Source: Carpediemonas membranifera BICM (lineage: Eukaryota; Protista; Fornicata). From it: a stretch of 64,000 bases of DNA. Positions 53,322 to 64,000 of the stretch are shown piece after piece. The position numbers and the translations under genes are program-made. The notes below the pieces were generated by a model. The model saw only the letters and a list, made by a program, of their open reading frames with translations. It did no database searches and was not told the origin of the DNA. Position 1 is the stretch's first letter. Every line of letters starts with the position of its first letter. The DNA lies in the NCBI GenBank assembly GCA_019828565.1, contig JAHDYR010000053.1, positions 842,272 to 906,271 on the forward strand, written 5' to 3'.

Positions 53322-55486
53322 GCAGTAATTACTGTGGTACCCAAACAATTGAGAGAGTGAAATTTAGAAGCAGGTTTGAGATCATTGACCAAATAAGACT
53401 GATCATTAAATGAGGTCGTCATGACAGGGTACCATGCCTACAGCCCTGCCTCTGATGCCGGACCTGCCGTACCTCAAGACAACATCTCATTCGTTGGTTG
53501 GGATGACGGATTTGGGTTCGACGGTGGTTTTGATGGTTTTGATTCGCCCGAACTCCATGATATCTTGACCCCGATCCCCGTCCGCCTGCATCGTGCCGAG
53601 GATCAGCCTGTCCGGGAGGCGGGTCGTGCCGAGGATCAGCCTGTCCCGAACAGACGTGGGCCCAACCGTGAGAGAGTTGCCGCAGTTTTAGAAAGTGAGA
53701 CAGAAACGATGGACCCCGACGCATTTGTCACATTCCGTGACCTCAATGCCGCTCTACAGCCGATTAATAACAGGCTCGAAAGAATTGAGAGCAGCATCGT
53801 CGAGATTCTCCGTCGCTTGCCCGAATAACAGAATGCTAGTGTAAATACCTTTGTAAAGATGCCTTGCGGTGATCGACGCGTTGGGCGCAGAGGTGCGCCG
53901 AAGAAGGGCATAGGAATGTCGCCCAAGCCGCTGTTGGCCAAGGATTGGGAGAAGTCATGGCAGTGAACAAACTTGGCTGCAGCGGTGTGGCAGACCCTGC
54001 CATTACCCACAATAAGGGCCGCCGCGATCGATCCGACTGTCAGTCAGAACTGCAACGCGAGTATCACTTCGTGGGGGAACGTTTATCGGTGCTCGATAGC
54101 ACGCAAGATGCCACCAGAGAAGCGCTTATCTCCGCATTCCTTGTCTCGCTCGCTGTACCGCCATGAAACACCGGGGAAATCCTCTCACAGCTCAAAGACG
54201 CCTTCTTAAGCCACTTCAACGAGCAAATGCCGATGATCCATGACGTAGAGAGTAGTATTGCACCCAAGCGCGCCTCTTCTCTCGAATCCCTCATCGCCAC
54301 GCACTCCAAGATCCTCTCGAATCATTCGCGCAAACCCTCCTCGACCGTGCCCGCTCGATCCACACCAGTTCCCCCCGCTGTCCATGAACGTCGAGCTCGC
54401 CGATGGAGAGGACCTCCCGGTCGCCATGCACACGCTAAACCAGGGCGCGGTGCGGGCGGTGCTCATGCAGACCGGGGCAGCCCCGCGACAACCGAGAGCC
54501 AGCTGGAAAGGAAGATGCTGACTAATTCAGAGTTACAGTCTCGTTTGCTTTCATTGCAAGAAGTTCTATTCTGCGGTGAACATTGCAACAAGAGACGGCA
54601 TCATCGCCAACAACGACGTGCACCATCACCTCTACACCGGAAGGTTGTTCGAGATGATGCCAGGCGAGACTGGCCACACCCGAGTCAACGCCCCAACTGT
54701 CTCCTGGGCGTTTGGTCTGGGGTCTTTCCTGGTCATACTTGCACCCCCGCGTGGAATCTACGTGCTCGATCGCACCCAGTGGCAAGACATTCAGTTCGAT
54801 CAGACACCACCGGAGTATTTCATGTGTGCCCGAGACGGATACTTCACCCAATGCCCACGGTGGGAACAGTTCGAAGAAAGCGTGCCCCTTTGGCACAAGG
54901 ATGATCTTCTTCGGGATGCAGTGTCACTCGGCTGCGTGCTAGTTACCCCCGTTGGTCATGTGGCTGCGGGGCGGGTCAGGCAGTTTATTGTAGGGCCCGA
55001 CTGTGTTGACTCAGCCATGTTTTGTGCCACTGCCTCCGAGAGTTGACCGTGTTGTTAGCAGTACAGTTTTCAGCGTCGTTGTCAGTGGGTCACAGCTGAT
55101 CATGTCTGGGTCGACCCCATCGACCTTTTCAAAAAGCCTGGGGTGGTTCCCGGACACAACGAGGAAGACGCATGTCTGACGCCAACTCCACTACAGTTCC
55201 AGCGCCGTGTGACGCGTTTCTTCTGTGACAACGTCAGATACGTCGCTGTGACTGGCCAGGAGTCGATCTGTGCCGCTGAGATCCCGATGAAGCGGCGGGC
55301 CAGCGTCACCACAGTTCTCCCATTTGCCGTGGCAGCCGTGGCGACCGAGCGTAGCACGCGCTTCCTCCCTGTTCAATCTGACGACGGACGCCACTCCAGA
55401 ACCGATTGGTATGCCAGCTGAAACGGCAGCTGCAACTATTGCAGTGGTCGACATCGAACCAGGAAATAACAGATAAAACTTTAAAC

Positions 55487-56958
<1,472 letters not shown>

Positions 56959-57466
56959 AGCAATGGCTTTTTGTCTCAAGGGACAGTTCTGCTTTCCTGA
57001 TCGGTCTTCGGACGGCGGTTGACCATGATCCGATTCGGCGACTGGATCGAGTAATTCGAATCTATCCGAGAATCGCGATCTAATGGCATCTAATGCAGCT
57101 AATCGGGAGATTGCGCAAGAGTATTAGCCCTGTACCCTTGTGTTGATGACTCCGACTGACTCTAGTTCTACGGAGTCGGCCAAGAGACGACTCGGCGAGA
57201 CAATTGAGCCCTCGCCCGCCATCTCGTCCCAGCCAGGAGTATCCAACCAGCAATAAACTGCCCCAATGACCCTGGAGGGTCCGGCCCCAGTCGCGAGTCT
57301 GTTATTGTGAATGAACAAAAAAATTTGAGAAGGGTTGGATGTTCGGAAAGCGAATTGAATGAACTGTCGTACATTCTACAGTGGACTCGGATGCCATCCC
57401 TTGTCACTGCCACGTTCTCCGCCCAGACTTTATGAAAGTACACAGTCACATGGTCATGACCGTCAA

Positions 57467-59653
57467 TCAGTCCCCCAAGGCCACACTAGCACCACTGCGT
57501 GCCCACAGCCTGCCCCTATGTCGCGTGCGAACCATCGCCTCCACCTCGTTGAACTGAAGCCCACCGACCCCGCTGAGGGCAGCGTGGAGGCGGGTGATGG
57601 CGGCCAGGTCTCCCTGGAGCAGGAGCTGGAGGCAGACGGCGTTTAGAAGCCGCTGGGAGTTGGCACCGTGGGTCTGGAGGTGTTCTATGACGTCATCAAC
57701 ATCAACACCGGCCTCGATTGCCTTCCAATCGGGCGGGAGAGTGGCACTGCCTGGCCTAGCCTTGGCCTTACTGCGACCCCCAGCGACCGGCCTGGCAGAC
57801 TTGGACACAGTTCTTGTCACACCCGTCGCTGGGACGGGTCGGATTGTGACGGGCGCCTGAACCACGCCTTCGACTGAAAACACGCTGCCCTTCGCTATAT
57901 CAGGTAGCGCTGCCTTCCTGCTTGCTATCCATCTGAGCTCAGCGCCAGTGTCCACCGTCTCGACCAGGAACTGCCCGATGTTCATAGTGCCGACACCACC
58001 ACCACCACTCCCAGCCCCGCCGACTCTGCCGGTCAGCCCGATGCCCCTGATCTCTGCTGGATCAATGCCGGGCATGGCGCGGTAGACTCCGATGACAACG
58101 GTGGTCACAGAATCTTTGGAGATATGGCTGACCTTGCTTGATGCGGTTCGATCGACGGTCCGACCTGATCCCAGATATTTGCTGGGATCTACGGGTGCTT
58201 CAGGGTGTCTGAGTGCAACGGTCAGGGATACCGATTCAATCTTAACCTTGGCAGTCGATATTCGGATCCAGAGCTCATCACACAACTTCCGGATGAACTC
58301 AACCACTTGATTGTGGTCTGTGAATCTAACACCCCACCGTACAGACAGAGATACGGTCTTCCTGCTCGGCCTTACAGTCTTGAACTCCTTCCCCCCGAGG
58401 CCAAGGGAACTCTGGTGAATCTGTAGGCCCCTATTAGATCCAAAAGAATCTGTGAGCAGCGATACATCTGCCTGCTGGACGTCTCCGATTGTGTGAATGC
58501 CCAGCTCATGCATCTTTTGCTTAAACTTCCACCCGATCCCGGGTAAATCCCCCACAGCCTCCTGGGTGAAGTCCGACCTGAATTGTGTGGGATCCGAAAC
58601 TCGGTAGACCCCGTCTGGCTTGGCCCGTTTCAGGGCTAGCCGGGCAGAGAGCAGAGAGTACCCGACGCCGATGCTGGCATTGCACCCAGTCACTGCCCGA
58701 ATCCGATCTCTGATCGAATCTGCAGTCGATTCTGACTCCAGCCCGGTCATGTTGAGAGCCAGCTCATCGATTGAGAGGGGCATAAGCGCTGATGACATTT
58801 CGCCGCAGAGGGCGTAGACCTGTCTAGATACAGCTTCGTATCTCGGATAATCATATGATCTGGTCCTAAGATTCGGACAAAGATCAAGGGCATCACCCGT
58901 GTTCATGTTAGCCTTCACCCCGAACTCTCTAGCGGGATAGTTGCATGCAGACACTGCCGCGGTGGCCCCCTGCCCGTGGGTGATCGCCAAGGGGTGTCCA
59001 AGGAGGGTTGGGTCGTCAGCCATAGCTACAGAGGCGAAGAAGCAGTCCATGTCGACGTGGTAGAACACGGGTCTCCCCTGGGTGGAGGGCAGGGGGCCAG
59101 CTGGGGGATTGGTCTCCAGCCAAGCCTGGATCTCAGTTTTCCAGGTCGAAAGGTGGTGCAATCGACTCTTTCCATAGTACTGGTCGACAAAACTGGGTCT
59201 GGTCTCATGGGTCTGGCGGGCAGTGACCGCGAATGGTGCGGTCGGTAGCTTCTCGCCGGCTTTGCATGACTCGACAACCCAATCGGGGGATACACAGGCA
59301 CGGTCGCCAAACTCACGCACACGATGATCTGGAATCACTGCGGTGATGATGTGGGTGACGCTTGAGGTGTAGTGGTAGGCAAACACGCCGTGGTTGTCGC
59401 CGATGAGACGACGGAGAGTGGTAAGGCTCGGTTTGGTCCGGCCATTCACAAATATGACGCAGCCCTTGAATATATCCGATATGTAGCCTTGCTTGTCCAG
59501 TGTAGTCTCCAATCGGGCCCACTTCACACTCAAGTACTCATTCCGAGAGGAATACGCAGCCCCCTTTGTTGTATCTGCCCCTACACGATCTAAATCAATA
59601 TCATCAGGCTTGCTTCCTTGGTATAGCGCTTGAAGCTGCTCCAAACCCTGCAT
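57467..59653 (-). CDS. REV1: DNA repair protein REV1 (BRCT + Y-family deoxycytidyl transferase)
   Basis: N-terminal BRCT (IFKGCVIFVNG...VTHII...VSPDWVVES), SRLHHLSTWK N-digit, HVDMDCFFASV, CNYPAREFGV, SIDE, DLPGIG. Confidence 0.93.
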   Translation of the reverse strand: MQGLEQLQALYQGSKPDDIDLDRVGADTTKGAAYSSRNEYLSVKWARLETTLDKQGYISDIFKGCVIFVNGRTKPSLTTLRRLIGDNHGVFAYHYTSSVTHIITAVIPDHRVREFGDRACVSPDWVVESCKAGEKLPTAPFAVTARQTHETRPSFVDQYYGKSRLHHLSTWKTEIQAWLETNPPAGPLPSTQGRPVFYHVDMDCFFASVAMADDPTLLGHPLAITHGQGATAAVSACNYPAREFGVKANMNTGDALDLCPNLRTRSYDYPRYEAVSRQVYALCGEMSSALMPLSIDELALNMTGLESESTADSIRDRIRAVTGCNASIGVGYSLLSARLALKRAKPDGVYRVSDPTQFRSDFTQEAVGDLPGIGWKFKQKMHELGIHTIGDVQQADVSLLTDSFGSNRGLQIHQSSLGLGGKEFKTVRPSRKTVSLSVRWGVRFTDHNQVVEFIRKLCDELWIRISTAKVKIESVSLTVALRHPEAPVDPSKYLGSGRTVDRTASSKVSHISKDSVTTVVIGVYRAMPGIDPAEIRGIGLTGRVGGAGSGGGGVGTMNIGQFLVETVDTGAELRWIASRKAALPDIAKGSVFSVEGVVQAPVTIRPVPATGVTRTVSKSARPVAGGRSKAKARPGSATLPPDWKAIEAGVDVDDVIEHLQTHGANSQRLLNAVCLQLLLQGDLAAITRLHAALSGVGGLQFNEVEAMVRTRHRGRLWARSGASVALGD

Positions 59654-59841
59654 GGGCTGATGCGCGAGTCCATGCTTTTGCCGCCGACTTCCACCGAGTC
59701 AATTGCACCCAACAGCCATTGGAGCAGTCGCCCAGTGCTCAACGTGATGGTCGTGGCAGCAGGCAATATCCGTGGTTTTGGGGAGCGTTCGAAAAATGTG
59801 CTTATACTGCGCAACAAACAATATTCGGCTCATCCAGACGA

Positions 59842-62800
59842 ATGCCATCCGTCGAAGGAAAGATCATTCTGAATGGCAGTTACGTTTGTGTCACTAAGCA
59901 TGATTACACAGCAACTGGGCAAAGAGATCGGCCGTGGAGGGTATGGCTCTGTGTACCGGGCCATTGACATCTCAAACAACCCAACATGCGGAACAACAGT
60001 GGCTATCAAGGCCCTGAATATCAAGGGTATGGATAAGGAGGAGCAGCGTGCGACAATGATGGAGATTGACCTTCTTTCCAAACTGCACCACACCAACATC
60101 GTCCAGTACGTCCAGAGCGACGTCGAGAGCGACACGCTATATATCGTCATGGAGTACATTGAGAACGGACCCATTACATCCATGGTCAAGGACGTCCACA
60201 AGGCCGGTGCCCAAGTCCCGGAGAACGCTGTGGCCCGCTACGTGTACCGTACGCTCGTCGGCCTGGCGTATCTCCACTCTGAGGGTGTTATTCACCGCGA
60301 CATCAAGGGCGCCAACATCCTCATGACCAAGGATGGCATCCCAAAGCTTGCTGACTTCGGTGTGTCGATAGCATCCGATGATGCCTCGGCAGAGGAGATC
60401 GATGTCGTCGGCACACCATACTGGATGGCTCCCGAGGTCATTGAAATGACGGGGTTGTCCACCGCTAGTGACATCTGGTCCCTCGGCTCCACTGTCGTCG
60501 AACTCTTCACCGGCTCCCCACCATACTTTGAGATGGCGCCCATGCCCGCCATGTACAGGATCGTGCAGGATGACTGCCCGCCTCTACCCCCCCAGATCTC
60601 TGTCCTCTGCAAGAACTTCCTGATGAAGACGTTCCAGAAGGACCCCAACCTCCGTCAGTCGGCCAAGCAGCTGCTCAAAGATCCCTGGTTCGCCCTGTTC
60701 TGCAGGGACGAGGTTGAGACCACCAGACTCAAGGCGTTTGCCGACGATGGCGATGTGGACGCCGACATGGAGCTTATCATGCCTGCTCCGTCCAAGGGCC
60801 CGAAGCTCATCCAGCTGGGGTCGACCGATGCTCTCAAGGCCAGCACCACCACTGCTGAGCAGAAGCTCACCATGTTCGGTGATGATGACGATGATGCTGA
60901 CTTCGACGACTTCGCAGAGTCTGATGCCTTTGAATCCGAGTCGGACGACGATAAGCCGCTCAAGCTGTCCCTCCCCGCCGCTAAGCCGGCCACTGCCGAC
61001 GATGACGATGACTTCTCAGCTTTCGATGAGGTAGTCGACCCCGAAGAGGCTGCCCGCGTCGCTGCCGAGGAGTACGCCGTCCTGCAGCTCCGCAAGGAGG
61101 CCGAGGAGTGCATCGCCAGCATGTGCACCGCCGAGGGCACCGCCACTGCTTCCACGCGTCTCCTTGAGCTGCTCGACACCCGCCCCCAGCTAATCTCTGA
61201 GGTGCCCCAGCGGGTGGGTCTCATGGTACTAGTGGATATGCTGGAGTTCCACGCAGACTCCAAGCAGGGCCGCCGCGCCAAGTCAGATCCCCACGCCGAC
61301 GTTGCCCGAGTGCTGATGATCATCAACGCGCTCTGCAAGGAGGCCTCTGTCATGAAGGGCCTCGTGCTCGTCGGAGCCCTATCTCCCCTGCTTTCGTTCT
61401 CAAAGTCCCCGTCGCCTCAGGTCAGAATCGAGGTCATCACCTTCCTCCGCCTCATGGTCGGGCTCATCCCCGGCCATGACAGCGCTATGGAGCAGCGGCA
61501 GTCGGTGCAGGCCCTGTACTCCAGCGGCGGTGTGGCTGCACTGGTCCAGCTCCTTGGTATCCCGAAGAACCCATCCAACGGCGACCTGTTCGTGGCTGTC
61601 ACAGCACTCCACTTCATTAACGAGCTCTTCTCGATCACTCAGGATGTACGCCGTGCTGACCTGGTGAGGCTGCTGGCCAAGCACGTCACCCCAGTCCCAT
61701 TGGTCGGCCTGCTCACATCAATCACCACACTTGACTCGGGGAGACTCAAGGAAGTCGCCACCAGATACGCCGCCCTCGCCAAGAAGCCGGAGCCCCCCGC
61801 TGTCGCCCAGGAGTCCGAATCGTCCGAGGGGTGGTCATCCACGGACGAAGACGAGGGCGAGGCCCCTGATGCCGAGCCCCAGTCAACTGAGCCCGCCCCT
61901 GAGACGCCCGTGGACCTCTTCGCCGTATCTGACACCATCCTTGGCCTGCTGACCTCACTATCCCAGACAAACGACGCAGTTGTTCTTGGAGCGCTGGCCC
62001 GCCGCGAAGTCATCACCACGCTCGTCTCCGTGGTCGACGGCAAGGGCCTCATTCCCTCCCAGCTGCTCGAGCTCCTCCGCGTGTTCAGGCAAATGTCTGT
62101 CACCCGCTTCCAGCCGCTGTTGACGGCCCTGGCAGACTGCGGGGCGATCGAGGCGATCGTACCGCTCCTGTCTGAGCAGACGATCGACTGCTACAACCGG
62201 ACATATCCCGAATGCGTTCCGGCCCCCGCCCAGACCGTGTGGAACCATATTGTATTCATCCTTTACTACACGTGCAAGCTCAACCCTGACCGCCTCTCTC
62301 TCGCAGCCATGCACGGGCTGTACAGCTATCTTGCCGTCATTGCAACCTCGAGTCGGGTCGCAGTCAAGGAGTTCGCACTCCCTATGTTGTTCGAGATCCC
62401 CAGGTTGTTGGACAACCCGAAGCAGCGTGCCCGCATCAACCTCGGGGAGATGTCACCCTCGGTACTCTTCGAACTGCTCCGAGACCCGACCCGCTGCACC
62501 CACGCCCTCGACGCCCTCGTCGCCTGGTGCCGGGCAGGGGGTAAGAAGGGGAAGGAGAACGCCGTCCGGACCCACATACTCAAGGACAGTACGTTCACGA
62601 CCAGCGACGGCGACACGTCAGCGCTGGGTCTGATCATCGGCGTCAGCAAGCTTCTCGAGACCCAGGGCGAGCGGTATATCAAGTACATGGCTACCAGCGG
62701 CGAGCTCCTGAGGCTTGATGCTGACATCCGAAACAAGGTAATCCAGCATAACAACTTCGAGTTCGTCCGGATGCTCGTCCGGACGCTACTGGAGGGCAAG

Positions 62801-63007
62801 GTGCCCATTACGGCCCAGAACGAGGTCTCTAAGATCTTGTCTCTCGTATTTGTTCAGAGCGATGATCTCCTTGAGCTCGGCCACAGCAAGGTGCTCGGGT
62901 TCAGGCCCCAGCTTGAGTCGATTGTGAAGGAGAGCAAGAGCATCTTTGTCAAGAAGCGTGTGGAGAAGATCCTCGAGTCCCTGCCTCTCGCCACTGCCTA
63001 CCCATAG
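59842..63007 (+). CDS. STE-group Ser/Thr kinase, Cdc15/Cdc7(SIN)/MAP3K-epsilon-like, with C-terminal helical (ARM-like) region; 28-nt intron 59884-59911
   Basis: GRGGYG, VAIK, HRDIKGANIL, ADFG, VVGTPYWMAPEVIEM, YRIVQDDCPPLP. Removing GTTTGT...TTACACAG gives MPSVEGKIILNGSY-QLGKEIG in frame. Confidence 0.85.
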
Positions 63008-63221
63008 ATTTACTGCGGGGGACGTTCAGGGTTGATTGTGTTTTGTAAATGGATTTGACTGAAGGGGCGTTTCCACCAATGAGGGGTGCTCTTTAAGTCC
63101 TCCGAGGGACAGTGGAGGGTGTTACATCCATGTATAACCGACGTTGAGCTCGGGCTGGGCCCCTTTTCATCGTCGCATTTTAAGGTTCCAAAACTGTTAT
63201 TGTCGGTAGTTCTCGCCATTC

Positions 63222-64000
63222 ATGGGCAATGTGGTGTCCCAGGACGGCTTTATGCGACGATATATTCTAGAAGAGTATGAACGGCAAGTGGAAACGGCTG
63301 AATCGATTAACGTGGCCGAGCTTATGCTCATGGAGTCCCCAGACCATGTTAAGATCGACTGGAAACATTGGGGAATCCTGTACTGCCTTGACGAGGATAG
63401 AGATGGCCGGTTTGAACTCCACAACTTCTTCAACCTTGTGGAGTATTACAATATCGTCTCGGAAGAATTCAATCAGCGGAACGCCATCCCATTCGTGCAG
63501 GCATGCTGTTCGCTCCTAATGTGGAAGAGTCTAGTCTCCTCTGGCGGCCGTGAACACTTTGTCGACTGGTTCTCCCGCCTCTTTGTCCAGATTGGCGGCG
63601 TCGAGTCATTCGCTGACGTACCCGGCGTCGCCTTCCTCCCTCCCTCGACAGTCCACCACATGTTCGATATCCTGGACATCGAAGACGCCTTTGGCATTGA
63701 CTATGAGTCGTTCTTCCGGCAGTGTCAGACTGTAGGGGAGGAGGCCGGGCTCATTCCTCTCTGTGTGGAGGAGATCGACGAACATGTGCCCGTGCTGGTC
63801 GCCAAACAGCTTGCATTGCATATGATCAACGGCTTTATCAACCTGGCGGCCGAGGTTGAGGTCGGGTCGACTGGCATCCCTGATTATCCTACAACTTATG
63901 CCGTGGGAGACATACCTCTGCCCAAACCAAGGGTCCTCGCCCTTAACCTCACTGAGAAGGCTGAGGAGACGCGGCAGCAGAAGTTGAATATGTCAGGAAG
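63222..64000 (+). CDS. Hypothetical protein with EF-hand-like loop and possible N-myristoylation signal; runs off the window
   Basis: Open frame MGNVVSQDGF...LDEDRDGRFELHNF with no stop before 64000. Confidence 0.7.
   Translation, partial: MGNVVSQDGFMRRYILEEYERQVETAESINVAELMLMESPDHVKIDWKHWGILYCLDEDRDGRFELHNFFNLVEYYNIVSEEFNQRNAIPFVQACCSLLMWKSLVSSGGREHFVDWFSRLFVQIGGVESFADVPGVAFLPPSTVHHMFDILDIEDAFGIDYESFFRQCQTVGEEAGLIPLCVEEIDEHVPVLVAKQLALHMINGFINLAAEVEVGSTGIPDYPTTYAVGDIPLPKPRVLALNLTEKAEETRQQKLNMSG

Larger units (their letters stand above)
44170..53426 (-). mobile_element. LTR element F: second copy of family D in opposite orientation, interrupted by element E
   Basis: 94-bp LTRs 44170-44263 and 53333-53426; TSD GGGTA; near-identical to D (9-bp indel in gag, 1-bp deletion in integrase). 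Confidence 0.96.
43799..53828 (+). pseudogene. Third copy of the hypothetical acidic coiled-coil gene, disrupted twice (ATG 11308; pieces 43799-44169 and 53427-53828)
   Basis: Pieces rejoin at TSDs CCAAG and GGGTA to rebuild the ORF seen at 2837-3607. Confidence 0.85.

Noticed and set aside
57124-57466. Possible small spliced gene between GDH and REV1 (GTACGA...AACAG intron joins two short ORFs)
   Set aside because: No in-frame ATG found upstream before a stop; could be an alternative REV1 3' end but cannot be supported without RNA data.

Overview
Eukaryotic (protist-like) DNA with tiny spliceosomal introns (28-131 nt, mostly ending ...ACACAG) and very short intergenic regions. A fornicate/metamonad-type host is inferred, not proven. 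Left part: a ~4.2-kb tandem segmental duplication. Each unit carries a hypothetical gene, a decayed multi-exon gene and a 5'-truncated NADP-glutamate dehydrogenase fused to the 5' part of a farnesyltransferase-beta-like gene. The only intact GDH (two exons) is in the last unit at 55487-56958. That last unit is split by two nested transposon stacks (11316-43798 and 44170-53426), all resolvable by target-site duplications. They contain six chromodomain-bearing Ty3/Gypsy LTR elements of five families, one APE-RT LINE, and a 9.5-kb terminal-inverted-repeat element. Right part: single-copy host genes (REV1, a Cdc15/Cdc7-like kinase, an EF-hand-like protein). Three observations stand out. (1) The LTR families have extremely short LTRs (53-125 bp), and every one with an intact 5' end has a self-complementary palindrome where the tRNA primer-binding site should be, suggesting an undescribed tRNA-independent priming mode. 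(2) The LINE ORF1 carries a Maelstrom/arenavirus-NP-like DEDDh exonuclease domain. (3) The TIR element has no visible transposase but carries an OTU-like protease, a catalytically degenerate tyrosine-recombinase-like gene preceded by an inverted-repeat-flanked segment, repeated junction motifs and two equal-length hairpins with compensatory changes. All protein family calls are by-eye motif recognition; no searches were run.
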